Below, piece by piece: positions 23,662 through 36,635 of a stretch of 64,000 nucleotides of DNA. This DNA comes from Podarcis liolepis. Its lineage: Eukaryota. The stretch lies in NCBI GenBank assembly GCA_965112155.1, contig OZ218109.1, one strand, 5' to 3'. Made by a program: the position numbers and the translations under genes. The notes beneath the pieces were generated by a model that saw only the letters and a program-made list of their open reading frames with translations, ran no database searches and was not told the origin of the DNA. The first letter of the stretch is position 1; the number at the start of each line of letters is the position of its first letter.

Positions 23662-24946
23662 CCCTAATTCTGCACTAGATTGCAGTATATTTCCAGTTCA
23701 TTTTCAGTTCCTGCCATGCATCTGTTTATCTAAAAATGTGTATGTAGTGACTATTATTGAAAATACCTCAAGGCACAATAAAATCCATTAATAATGCAGC
23801 ATTGACAGTATGTATAAGATTTAATTTGAAAACTTGTTACCAGTGGCTGGCATCAGTAGCCAGCAGAAGCCAAGCCCCTAGCATGGCCAATCTGTGCTAT
23901 GCCACATCCTGCAGCCATCATTCTGTGACTCGTGCCCATGGCACTCCCTCAAAAATTCTAAATATGCCCACTGGCCCCAAAGTTTGGCAGTCTCGGGACC
24001 AGACTCTGCTATGTTTTGTAAATAATAAAAGCATTGAGAATAAACATTGCTTTGTTGCTTCCAAATTAAAATCTGACTAGGTATTCTGGAATCTGTGGAT
24101 CTCAGAACACTTTGTGCTATTTCTTTCTGGATTCTCCTTCCATCATCTAAGAGCAAAGTTCTCTTGCTACTAAACCTCCACCTGTTGCAACACTGCCTTC
24201 CTTCTTGCCCATTTAAATCCAGTTCAATCAGTTTATTGCTGCTCTTAAATAATTACATCATCAGTCTGCAGGGAGGGAGGAGAATGGAGAGATGGTGAAG
24301 CTTTACAGAGATGATCCCCGAAAGCAAAATGTTGTAGATGCATCTTGGTAAAGAGCTGAGGAGTTCAGATAAACAATCAAGGCACATTTAGACTTTGAAG
24401 CTAATATGTGCTCATAAAGACTTTGCTGCCGTAGTCACCCAAACCTTAATCACATTCCTTCATTCTTCAGTGTGTCCCATGAATTGGCTAATTATTTGAA
24501 TTTTTACTCTATTCAAAGCAGTTATAGTTTCTGTAAAGTAAGGCTGAAGAGTTCACTTAATACCTGGGAGTGGGGAGACCAGCTCTTTAAAAGAACGAAG
24601 GGCCATTATATGTTGTGGAGGGAAATTATAGACTCATTTGCATGCATTCCAAACAGGCACACTAATCACATTTTGAAGAGCATTTTAGCATGGGCTACTA
24701 AGACATGACTCTAGCATGTGAAGGAAAGGGTAACAATGGACAATTTCCCACTGTTGGCCATTCCAATCAATGGCTTCTTTAATTAATCCTCTCATATCAC
24801 AAGTGATTTTAAATTGCTGCAACTGTAACGCTGGCGGTTCTGGCTGCCTAAGTGGAATAAAGTGGAAGAGCTTCCTGAAAATGAGCAACAGTGCAGACCA
24901 TGACGAGAGCATGTTTATGCACATGCTCTAATTATGTTGCAGGGTT

Positions 24947-25142
24947 GGGGTGTAGTGGTTAGAGTTTTGGACCAGGACCTGGGGGACTGGGGTTCAAATC
25001 CTTGCTTGCCATGAAGCTCACAAGGTGACCATGGGCCAGTCACTGCCCCCAGCCTAACCTACTTCACAGCATCATCATTGTGGGGATTAAACAAAGAGGG
25101 GCAAACTATGTATGCCCCCCCTGAGTTCTTTGAAGTACAAGG
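24947..25142 (+). mobile_element. CORE SINE (MIR/Squam3-like)
   Basis: GGTGTAGTGG A-box, GGTTCAAATCC B-box and GGTGACCATGGGCCAGTCAC CORE motif. Confidence 0.75.
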
Positions 25143-25264
25143 TGTGGTACTACCACAAGTAGTGGTAGTAAATGTCACAGGAAGCAACTATGTATAGAGG
25201 AGGCTCCCTGCTTCAAACTTCCATAGCGGTTGCTGTGTTTATGATGACTAATTTTTTCCTTCAC

Positions 25265-26050
25265 TGTGTGAGACAGTACTTCAGAAGCAAGCCAGCAGTA
25301 AATCACACTGTGCAAGCCGGAGTTAACTCTTTATTAGCCAAAGCATGATCAGCACAAGTTTGGCAGAGTGCCTGGCATAACAAGCACAGCAGCTCATCTC
25401 TGGTAGGTCTCCCCACTCCCATGAAGCAGTTGCAGAAACTGAAGGTCTCCCACCTTCCCACAGCTGCCCAAGTCCCCTCCTGGATTTTCCCCAAGCAGTC
25501 GGAGACTATACCTGCATGCTTGTCTTTGCTCCATCTGTTTCATGCCTCTTCTGGTTCTGGGAGACCGGGGTGGGGAGCTTCTCATAGGAGGAGAGGGGAG
25601 ATACCCCTGACTTCACCAGCCTGACTCATCTCTGCCTCTTGGCCTCCATTTCAGCTTCTGCCTCTGGTTCTGGTCTGCTCTCTGCCATAGACTCTGCCAG
25701 CTCACTAAGCCCTGTTAACCCTTCAGCTTCTGACATCTCCTCTTCCTTGTCTTCTCTCCCTTCTCCCTCTAGCCACTCATCATTTTGCTACCACCACTCT
25801 CCAGGCTCTGAGCCTTCTTCCCTTGGTAGTTCCCCAACTGGTTCCTCCCGCTACTCCTCTGCGTCCAACCAGGCCATGGCAATATGCCTCTGAATACCAG
25901 TTGCTCTGCATCCCAGGTGAGGAGAGTGGTGTTGCACTCAAGCTCTGCATGTGGGTTTCCCATGGGCATCTTTTTTGTCGCTGTAGGAACAAGATGCTGA
26001 ACTGGTGGGGCTTTGGCCTGATCTCACAAGGGTATTGTGTTCTTAGGGTT

Positions 26051-26056
<6 letters not shown>
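25265..26056 (-). mobile_element. Probable solo LTR (Gypsy-like)
   Basis: TG...CA ends (minus strand TGTTACA...TCTCACA), a minus-strand AATAAA at ~25330-25335 and a purine-rich low-complexity interior. The TSD is not clean. Confidence 0.5.

Positions 26057-26083
<27 letters not shown>
26054..26083. repeat. (CA)n microsatellite
   Basis: Direct inspection. Confidence 0.95.
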
Positions 26084-26085
<2 letters not shown>

Positions 26086-27914
26086 AAATGTGATGTGCTG
26101 AGGAGGCAGGGCTTGGCAGCATGCCTCTACTTCTTCTCTCATGTTTGTAATTCTACGTATGCATAGAATAAATAGGGCTAAACCTAAATAGGGCTAAAGT
26201 GTAGACTGCCAGAAATTAAACATTCCCATGTGTTTCTTGGAAAGACAAACTAAATGTACATGAGACACACACCTTTTTATTAACCCACCAAAAGCTGTGA
26301 CACCCCCACTTTGATGATTTCCAAAGGCCCCCACACTTTCCTGCTATTACCTTCAGATAATCCCTAGTAGTTATCGCCAGCCTCCCTAGTAATTATCACC
26401 AGTCTTAATACCCATCACTGTTCATGCAAATGCTTGAGAACAATTTACATGACGACATGCAAAATCTCTTCACTGGCTTTCATATTAACACTGAATGAGA
26501 ATGAGGAATAAAGAGAACTGTTTTCAAGGTTCCCATGCTATCAGACCCTAAATGCAGCTACATAAAACAGGCGTTGGGGTTTCCTCCCACAGAACAGATT
26601 TATAGCTGCACATTAATGGAGCAAAAAATAACCAAAGTGGGCAGTGTCGCCCTCGCAATCTCACTTGGGAGGCACACCATCTGTTGGAAATCACTTTTGC
26701 CCTGTAGAAAGGAGGTACTATATAATAACTTTGTTGCTTTGTAAATGGAAATATGCTACAGTGGAGTACTGGGATGAGCATTGCTCTCATTTGTCTTGGG
26801 TGACTGCAAGACGCGTATAGATGTAGTCCCGTTTTAAATGCATTTGGATTCCAGGAATATGCATCAATTTATTCCTATCACGATTAAATATATGTTATTT
26901 GTACTGCTGTTCATTCAGCTAAGCTGTAGACATTGGCCAATTGATCAAGAGACTTTCAAGTGAATACCTGCCTTTCACTCCTGAAAGCAGGGGTAGGGAA
27001 ATCAAGGGGACTGAAAGTATAATGTCACAATTTTGCAAGAAATTAAGTGAAAGGAATTGCTTACCCTTGCATACTGAGCCAGTATTATCATTGGTAACAG
27101 GACCAATAAAACATATTTGAACAGTGGACCATAATTCCTGAGCGTTGATTTCTATAAACAAATTCTCTATAATGTTTTAATTCCTCTAAATGTCCCCCCC
27201 CCCCAATTATTCGAGGCTGGAAACTAATTTTGATTCCTATACTGCGCAGGAAGGAGTGACTCTTCCTGAGAAATTAGAAGGATGGTCCTTAGATCACCAA
27301 CAAGCTCTTCATTTCCCTCTTGCAATGCCAGCAAAATGCCAGCTGCAAAGGCTATTTTGAATCTAGTTGCAATTTTGGAATTAAATGCAGCGTAATTGGT
27401 TCCTTTTCCATGTCTGGTAATCCTGTTAAGACAACTCATTAGGTGCCATGGCAATTGGAAATTAGTAGGTTTCAGAACATGTACATCTCCTTTATTTACA
27501 CCAATTATTTTCAAATGAGGAAGTTATTCTTTAAATGGAAAAGTAACTTCTGAGAAGTTTTTTTTTGTCATGACTCTAAAATATCCTGAGATTTTAAATA
27601 TCTGAACTTCCTTTAGAAAACAGCCAGCCGGAAAGCATTTGAAGGTATGGAGCTGATTCACACTTGAGTTAATCGTATCCATAGGGCCATCTTTCCCATC
27701 CGTGTCTTCCCTGTATGGTTGTAGCTTTACAAACTTTAATGAGTGAGCCTTTCCTGGCCTGCAACCAAACCCCATTTTAATTGGAGACGTCAGTGAATGA
27801 ACCATAGATTTCTTGTGTGCAACGCGTGTTCTCTGCCAGTGAGTTATATGCCCTTCATATATTGTGCTACAAAATCTCTGTCTTCCTCTGCAGGACACAG
27901 GATGTAAACCTGAA

Positions 27915-28180
27915 GGCTTTAAATGCAGCAGTTTAGGTCCAGGCCACTTAAAAGACCACCAATGGCCATATGAATCTGCCAGGGATTTGAGATCACCTGT
28001 ACTGTATCCTTGTTCATAGGCCCACCAGGAAGGGACATCAGCCTGGCAGGTACAAGGGATGGCACATTTTCTGTGGTGGCCCCAGAGCTTTGTAACTTCC
28101 TCCTCTGGAATATACAATCAGCCCTCTCCTTTGTAGAGATCAGGGGCTCTAAAATGTTTTCGCTTAGGATGGCTTTTAAT
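27915..28180 (+). mobile_element. Old L2 LINE 3' fragment
   Basis: GGCACATTTTCTGTGGTGGCCCCAGAGCTTTGTAACTTCCTCC (cf. the L2 motif RAFSVVAP.LWN.LP). Confidence 0.55.
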
Positions 28181-29429
28181 GTGGAGGGGGCCCATTGGCA
28201 GTAGTCTCTGTTTTTAGTTCTTCAGTGCTTCACAGGGAGACCATCTCACTTGTTGAAAAGGCCAATGGACCTTGAGAAACATAAGTGTATATGAAATGCA
28301 GCATAGCAAAGCACAGAAACAGGGCAACACAAAGCATTGTGATCTGACTTGGAGGGACTTGATCTGACTTGGAGGGAGAGTCATGATTTGACTTGGGAGT
28401 GGCCAATTTTACTCCTCCTTCAGCCCCTATGTAGAACCAATGTACACTCTTGTAAGAAAAATGTTAAGTGGGGTCTGGAAAAACAAACTGTTATGTTAAA
28501 CAGACTCCTACACCTTTGTTTGCAAAGTTCATTAGCTTTGGAAAATGGGAGTTTGCTGACCACTGTACCTTGGTCTAGAACCTAGAAGTGGTCAGTAACA
28601 TAAAATATTCCTAGAAGGAAGAGAGGAAGAATCACCAGAAGAGTTTCAGATTTGGCCGTTCCTCTGTTTTAGAGTCTCCCTCCCCTTTTCCCTTTGGTTT
28701 GCTCTGCCTTTTATTTGCTTTGGAATATTTCCCTTCACTGCACTACTCTGGTAATTGTAACACATTAGGGGCAGGGGGCATAACATATTTACCTATCTCC
28801 GCAGTTCCCTTTTCTTCTGACTTTCTGCACACAAACTGAGCACAGCAACAATTGTGTTGTGAGGACAACAGAACACCCTGGGACGCTCCTGTGTTTAACC
28901 AAGCAGGAACAACTTATTTGACATCAGCAATCAAAAACATCCAGAGCCCTGCTAGGCCCATAAGAGCCGGCTGTGTTATTTTATATTCCATGCCCCTTCA
29001 AAACATTGCATGAGAAAAGGAAAGGGGCTAAGTCGAAGAGCTCTTTTTAGTTAATGAACAGACTTCGCTCTGAAAATAAGAAAGAAATGGTGCGTGTATT
29101 TGTTTAGAGGAATGATAATGGAATCGGTGTCTCATGACATGTTTACTTCTGTTCTTTAAGAGGTCCTTAAGGTATCTGGCCCATCCTCATGCACTTAACA
29201 TTATTTGCATAAACTCAAATCACATCAAGGGCTGTGTGCTTGGTAACAGTTTCTTTCGACCCATTAATTTTTCTTAGAAGAACCCTGGCTTTTCTTAGCA
29301 TCCATGTTAGGAACACAACAGAATTTCCTCATCCAGAAAGTTGTGTGGATTTTCTACCCATGACTCACCCATGAAACACTAAGGGAGGCTACTAGTGTGC
29401 AAAGCTAAGGTAGCTGGACACAATACCGC

Positions 29430-29830
29430 TCTCCCACTTCTGATCTCCATCAATGGGCATTCAGAGACATACTGCCTCTGCTCAAAGAAGGAATATAGCA
29501 ATCACAATCAATGAGTATTAGCCATGATGACTATATTACTCCACTGTCAGATCCCTGGGGAGCAACAGTAGGAGAGGGCTACAGCTGCCGTGTCCTCCTT
29601 GTGTCTTACAGCCTCCATAGACATATGGTTGGCCATGTTGAGAAGAGAATGCTAGACTAGATAGGCCTATGTGGTTCCATATCTTTGTTAGAAGATCAGC
29701 AATTTCACAGTTGAATTCTTTGAGAAAGCTCATGTGAATGTCGTCCGGTGATTTGTCAGTTTTTATTTTGTCTATTAGGCCTAGAACTTTGTCTCTCATC
29801 ATCACTGTTTCTGTTCCATCAGTTCCTCAG
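29430..29830 (-). mobile_element. Rearranged CR1 remnants (an ORF2 piece and 3' UTR pieces in both orientations)
   Basis: The minus-strand peptide VLGLIDKIKTDKSPDDIHMSFLKEFNCEIADLLTKI resembles CR1 KSPGPDGIHPRVLKEL..EI. It abuts a plus-strand CR1 tail, GAATGCTAGACTAGATAGGCC. Confidence 0.65.
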
Positions 29831-30902
29831 AATACCTTCCTACAATAGCTAATTCAGATAGTGGTATTCTGTAGGACCCTGCAGTGTGTCTATTTGAAAA
29901 CAGATGGAAAGATATGGCTGCAACGACAATGGAGGTTCAGGCAGGGTTGGCATATACCAAGATCGCAATTACCACTTCCTTCTTCATTCACCTGGGGCAT
30001 GTGCAGGTGGAAAAGGCAAGGACAACCTAGTCAAGGAGAGAGCCCACAATAAAACTTGGCCCACAAGACTGAACACGCCGTTCCTGCCGCATATGAGCCA
30101 CTGAGAACCACTAACAGTAACTCCTTCAAAGACGGTATCCTAGACCCAGCTTGTTAGACCCATGAAGGCACATCACATGATCCCAGAAATGGAAGGACCA
30201 CATGTGCACATGTATCATTCTGCAGGAAACCCAGTTCCTATTTATAGAAAGCAAGGCCATTTAGTTCAAGTAGTCGCTTTTGTATTCTTAACTTTCTTAA
30301 ATGTGGGACAAAGCCATATGAAGCTGTAGATAAAATTGGGGGGGGGGGGACGACGACACCATACTGATGCAACTTCTCTAGAGGGCTAATGCATTGAAGA
30401 TATTGATTGCCTTACTGATTTATTTAGTTGACAGACTATAGAATGAGATTCATCTATCATTATCCCCAAATCATCCATCAGCTGTTTCCTTCTCTAGGCA
30501 ATGAGGAGCGATATTATCAACAATTTTATTTGCTTTGTAGGTATTCAGATTAGCAGATGAGGCAGATATGACCTATTGAGCAGCCACTTGCAAGAGAAAC
30601 TTGAAATATTTCTGAAAAAGCAATGGTTCATTTTCTTGTTCTTATTTGATACAGTGTGGCTTCCCTTTGACTAATTCTGTTGCCGTATGATGTCACTACT
30701 ATATCTGTAATTACTATATCTGTAATGAAAAACAAGTAGTGAAACTGAGTGCCGCCGCCCCAGTCATTATGGCCATTCAGACAGCTGACCTGCTGCCTCT
30801 ATAGATCATTGTCTCTGTCCAGTCTGACACTCCAATCTAAAGATGGAGAACCTTAGGCCAAAGGACCAGTTGTGACCTACCAAGGATCTCTGTCCTTTAG
30901 GA

Positions 30903-31038
30903 CAGTGTTCCCCAACCTTGGGCCTCCAGCTGTTTTTGGACTACAACTCCCATCATCCTTGACCACTGGTCTTGCTAGCGAGGGATGATGGGAGTTGTAG
31001 TCCAAAAACAGCTGGAGGCCCAAGGTTGGGGAACACTG
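30903..31038. mobile_element. Young hAT-type palindromic MITE
   Basis: Long, near-perfect TIRs starting CAGTGTTCCCCAACCTTGGG; perfect 8-bp TSD CTTTAGGA at 30895-30902 and 31039-31046. Confidence 0.95.
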
Positions 31039-31072
31039 CTTTAGGACTCTCCCCTACAGAGGGGGGAAAAAT

Positions 31073-31358
31073 TTATTATATTTATTTTGCATTAATTTAT
31101 TGACTTAATTCATTTATTAAAATTATATACTGCCCTTCATCTGGAAGTCTCAGGGTGGTTCACAAGATAAAAATACAGGATAAAAGCACAAATAAATATT
31201 TATTATAAAGCAAAACAAAACAATAGCCCCCCTCCCCCCCCCCATTTAATAACCAAAGGCCTGGTTGAAGAGAAACGTTTTCACCTGGCATCTAAAGATG
31301 TATAATGAAGGTGCCAGACAAACCTCCCTAGGGGGAGCATTCCACAAATGGGGAGCTA
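31073..31358 (-). mobile_element. L2 LINE 3' end
   Basis: The minus-strand peptide APHLWNAPPREVCLAPSLYIFRCQVKTFLFNQAF is a typical L2 ORF2 end, followed by an AT-rich tail. Confidence 0.75.
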
Positions 31359-31668
31359 CATTCACATTTAAAGGTGATATTACCGTATTTGCCCTATGCA
31401 AACAGAAACACAACATCCCTTTGAATTCACTTTTCTGAATTTTGCCATTCAAATCTCCAGTCAAGCAATGTGTTCAAATGCATATATAGAATATGCACAA
31501 CTGTACATATTAGGCTAAAGTGTGCGTGTAAGTGCATATGTTTGTGAAAATAAGAAACAAAAATGCACTATATGAGGGGGAAAGTGCTTGCAAAAATGTG
31601 CATATTTGTTAAAACGACATACAAAATGTGTTTATTAGAAGAAATTTGAACTAAAACACTGAAGATGT

Positions 31669-31672
<4 letters not shown>

Positions 31673-31708
<36 letters not shown>
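31673..31708. repeat. (CAT)n microsatellite
   Basis: Direct inspection; it is the source of the spurious poly-His and poly-Asp ORFs. Confidence 0.95.
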
Positions 31709-31709
<1 letters not shown>

Positions 31710-33880
31710 AATTCACAAACTGTGGCAAAAATATGCTTTCCTCACAGCATAACCCAACCTCAGATTCCCCCTGCTTTGCATCCTCCTTTAGTGTTTTTGC
31801 CTGGCTGGAATGTGCCCTCAAATTCTGATCATGCCTCTTGCTTTGCATGGTTACAGGCTGGGGGTGGGGGACAGTGCTAGTGTATGCAGAAACTAGCCTG
31901 CTGCACAAAGGTAACATTTCCATTTATCATTCTTCCCACTCTTTCTTCTGACCTCACCCAGCACTGATGATTCCCCACTCCTCTGAATGTTTGCTCAGAA
32001 GGAAGTGTGGTCCTCTAGTTGAAAATGGCCCTGCATTGCCGCTCTAAACCACATACTATGGTGGCTGGTTGGGAAATGGAAGCATCGTTTATTTAACTGA
32101 TTTAAAATGAGTCTCACTCCGACAAGAAAGAAATTGGTGCAAATTCGGCATTTGAGGGTGCACTTCTCTTACCAATTGCTAACTCTACCTTTCTGTTTTA
32201 TGTTGAAATATGTTTTTGCACTCGTACTTACCTTCAATGTCATAAGATACCACAGATGGACTGAATTCCTTTCAGTGCTATCCTGAGCATAGCATGAAAT
32301 ATTCTGGTGCCCACAAGAATGGAAAACACATCACTGGCTGAATAAATCAGCTCGCATTGAGGCTACAGCAAAAAATAATGGCTCTGAAAATTAAAAAACG
32401 AGTCTTGAATTTGCTGATAATTTGGGGAAAACATCAGGAGCCAGCTTGTATGCAGCTTTATCCAACATGCTTCACTGGTTTTTAATATGTACTGATTTTT
32501 CATTTGCCCCAAACTCAGAAATTATCTTCTGTTGCCTTGACTGAAACCACCTACTCAATATAGAAACAGATTTAATGAAATAATAAGCATGTTGCTTATA
32601 AATTGAGAGGAACAAAGCGCAGACTAAACATGCTTAATATGTATCTTCTGGACTTGTAGCAGAGACCTGAAATACCCATTGGTGGTATTAAATGAGCTTG
32701 TAAGGCTAAACAATCTGTAATATAATTAATAAACATTTAATGGCATTGATTTTTATAGGCTGGCTTATTGAACCCCTTATCAGTACAGAGCAGATGGGGC
32801 ATAACTATGAGAAATTATATTTTAAACATGATTACTGTACTTGAATTATATTTGAAAAATTCTGTTCAGTGGAGCATTTATAAATACAATTTAACTTGCA
32901 GACCACCCTCTCCAACTTAAGGTATTTCCCCCCGTCTTTTAGTATAATAATATTTAAATGATGCCTGTAAAGCAAATTATACAATGCTTCTTAAAAAGTG
33001 ACATAAAACAAATCCTCTAGAAAACACTGCACATTATGTCATTTTGCAATACTTATGTCGTCTGATCAACACCATATTCAGCAACCAGCAAAAATGGTTA
33101 AAAATAAATAAATCCTAAAATCAGCCTTAAGAGGGTTGTAAGAAAGATTTTCTTTTCCTACTGAAATGTAGGATTACACGAGCTTTTTGTCCATTGAAAT
33201 ATAGTCACTGGTGCATAATCTTCTAAAATGAAATATTATTGTACGGATTCTGTAAAATCAAGTTGTTGAGAGATGGTTTTGTCATATAATCTACCAGCAC
33301 TGTCGGGCAAAGGTGTCCCATGTTTATTGGGCATGGAACGGGGCTTATGAAACAATGAACTTCTGAAATTTGTAATAATCACTTCCATGTAATATAATTA
33401 CAACTGCTAAACAAATTTATACTCTTGATCAAGTGGATTTATTAACTGAATAGTACAATGCACACAAATGCACATAGTTTGTTCTGTACGGAGGATGAAA
33501 TTATGAGGTAAATTCAAATAATTGGGGGACTTCCACCCCTTCTGAGTTGAAATGTAATATCAATACCCACCCAAGTTGAATCAGGGACTCCACAAATTCT
33601 CATCTCATTCTGTCAGGGGTTTTCAGCTTTTCCATTCTACTTAACTGAACAGAATAGCTCTATATTTTTGTATGTCTCTGAGTTTCTTTAGTTCTGTGGT
33701 CTTTCAAGAAGTGAGACTATCCTAAATGTTGTCTGTGCGGTCCTGAAGAACCCTGGATTATTATTTTTTATTAGAGCATAGCAGCAAATTATTATTTTTA
33801 AGTGAAAAGCTTAATTTTGTGTTTTTGATGTGTGCTTTTTTTATTTAAAAAATGCTTTAACGAAAACTGAACTCTTTAGA

Positions 33881-34230
33881 ATAATAATTATAATAATTTA
33901 TTTATTTATACCCCACCCATCTGGCTGGGCTTTCCCAGCCACTCTGGGCGGCTTCCGACAAAATATTAAAATACATTAATGCATCAAACATTAAATGCTT
34001 CCCTAAACAGGGCTGCCTTCAGATGTCTTCTAAAAGTCTGGTAGCTGTTGTTCTCTTTGACATCTGGTGGGAGGGCATTCCACAGGGTGGGTCCCACTAC
34101 CGAGAAGGCCCTCTGCCTTGTTCCCTATAACTTGGCTTCTCGCAGTGAGGGAACCGCCAGAAGGCCCTCGACGCTGGACCTCAGTGTTCAGGTAGAACAA
34201 TGGGGGTGGAGACACTCCTTCAGATATAGA
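33881..34230 (-). mobile_element. L2 LINE 3' end
   Basis: Closely similar to 42372-42800 in reverse orientation, with a TAA/TAAA-repeat tail. Confidence 0.85.
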
Positions 34231-34789
34231 ACTCCACAGAACTCTAGACAGACTCATATTGTAAAGGTTATTAGAGGACCAGTAAGGCTTTTTACTGGAG
34301 TACCAAAATGTCTGCCTTAGAGGATACAAACAAGCACTGGATTTATTTTATTATTTATTATTTTATTTTATTATTTATTATTTTATTTATAAATGTTCAA
34401 GCAAGAATATATACCACCTGCCCATCTGCTGGAAAAATTTTTTGCAAAGCAAGTTTTCTTAGTATAATACATGACTGTGTTATCTTCTATGATACATGCA
34501 TTTCTATGCATGTGTCATGCATGCATTTCTGCACGCGTTGCTTGGCCGGGGACCTGCATTGCAAAATTCAGGGAAGTGTGAATTTTGAAGGATGGCTATA
34601 TTTAAGCCATCACACATTGCTTCAGAAAGTGCAGATTAGGTATGTTCACCTTTAAATGCAAAGTGAAGCAAGTTTCTCCCCTGTCACTACCATGGTCTAT
34701 GTTGTGTATTCCATGGAATGACTGTGACACCTGAGGCTGAGAAAAGCTTGGCCTTACTGTAGCTTAAACTATGGAATTCTCTCCCACAA

Positions 34790-35065
34790 CATGCAGCGAT
34801 GGCCACCAAGTTGGATGCCTTTAAATGAGGATTAGACAGATTCATGGAGGATAAGGCTATCAGTGGCTACTAATCCTGATGGATATGTTCCAGCTCCACT
34901 GTCAAAGGCAGCAGGGTCTGAATTCCACTTCCTATGAAACCACAAGCAGAGAGTGTGCTGTTGGACTCAAATTTTCCTTGCATCCATAGGCATCCATTTG
35001 GCCACTCTGAAAACAGATTACTGGATGGGATGGGCCACTGGTATTATCTAGCAGGCTCTTTCTGT
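34790..35065 (+). mobile_element. CR1 LINE 3' end
   Basis: TTGGATGCCTTTAAATGAGGATTAGACAGATTCATGGAGGATAAGGCTATCAGTGGCTAC (cf. FKRGLDKFMED), followed by UTR. Confidence 0.75.
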
Positions 35066-35875
35066 ATGGCTGATTTTGACTGAACCATGCATTAGAATTC
35101 CACTAGAACTTCATTTCAACCAATTCAGAGACTTCATAAAAAACCCCACCTTCCTTCCAATTGTATTTCATGTATTATGCCAGACACTATTAAGCGAGAT
35201 TAAAATGTATTTATTGTTGCCATAAAGCACTTATTATTGAATCTGAAAGAGGTTTTGCAAACTGGAGCTATATTTTAACAAGCCACTCGATAACGTCTTT
35301 ATGCTTTTGTCTCAGTCAGCCCTGCTTAAAGCCTAATGCTTTGCCAAGTGTCACAGAACCAGTGAGTGTTTGAAACCGGCAGCTTTTAAAGAGCCCTGAT
35401 GCAACAGAATAAATTCAGAAAGGGCGCTTATGTGCCTGCCTAAATTTCGACCATTCTGTATTTACCCAGGCAGAAGACACTACCTTTGAAAGTCAATGGC
35501 TGAAAATCCAGAACTTTCCAAGGCCCACATCACATTGCCAAGAAACAGCTTGTTGACAAAAAGGAAATATTCACACAAGTCCAGCAGTACAAATCATTTA
35601 AATATTCAAAATTTTAACATGCACATTATCTGGAATCTAATGTCTCTCGATTTACCCCTCAGTTTAGAACTTACCGTAGTTAAGGTGAGGATATTATAAT
35701 TAAATAGCTGAGCTTTCGTATCTGTAGTTTCCTCCATGGTACTGAATATCACAGAACAGGATTTCAAAGAACCCCACATCCAAAATTCACCACCAAATCT
35801 GCCCAAATTCAGATATATTGCTGAACATTCTGAACTGTTCCTCTGAGTATCAGCATTTCGCCATCATTTATGGGG

Positions 35876-36043
35876 GAGGGCCATAGCTCAATGATAGAGA
35901 ATCTGCCTCGCACACAGAAGTTCCCAGGTTCAATTCCTGGCATCTCTAGTTAGGGCTGAGAGACCCCATTTGAAATCCTGCCAATCAGTGCAGACAATAC
36001 TGAGCTAGATGGACCAATGGCCTGATGCGGTATAAGGAAGCTT
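35876..36043 (+). mobile_element. Squam2-like tRNA-derived SINE; its tail resumes at 36646
   Basis: TAGCTCAATGAT A-box, GGTTCAATTCC B-box and CR1-like tail GAGCTAGATGGACCAATGG...TATAAGGAAGCTT|CCTATATTC. Confidence 0.8.
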
Positions 36044-36584
36044 GCCAGGGCTTTGGCAGGGTGCCAGGCTACTCCCTTTCCTAGATCGGGAAGAAATGGC
36101 AAAGAGCAGGGACAGAGTTTTGCAGCTACAGCCAGAGGCTGAAAACAAAGGAAGAGAGATTTCTTTAGAATGAGGACATCGAGATAACAGTGCCGTGAGG
36201 CATGATGGGATCAGGAATAACCAAGATAGACAAAATATTTACCCAAGACAATAAGGAACAATATGGTTAAAATAAATACCACACCTAGGAAGAAGAAAAG
36301 AGAACTTCACTTGCACACCATAAATGATTAAATGTATTATCACGAATTGAAGTTAAAAAATATTTGTAGCTGTTGTATAAGGAATTATTATTAAAATTGG
36401 ATTGTAATTGGATTGAATAACACTTTGGAAGCAGTATTTAAAGGGAACTATTAAACCTTGAAATCTAGAATGCGGCAGGTCACCTAAATTATGTAATTGG
36501 CTATATGATTGATAGGTATTTGAAATGGTATTGTAATTTGGTATTGCTATAATAAGGCTTACATTGGATTTTTGTAATTGAAAA

Positions 36585-36630
<46 letters not shown>

Positions 36631-36635
36631 TAAAA
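36044..36635 (+). mobile_element. Unclassified retroposed insertion with a 10-bp TSD and a (TTA)n/A tail
   Basis: TSD AAGGAAGCTT at 36034-36043 and 36636-36645; it splits a SINE tail. Confidence 0.7.

Noticed and set aside
27524-28117. 197-aa minus-strand ORF
   Set aside because: No recognisable domain, and it starts antisense within an old L2 fragment; likely chance.
31651-31923. Poly-His and poly-Asp ORFs (also poly-Leu at 4655-4861 and 18069-18335)
   Set aside because: Translations of microsatellites.
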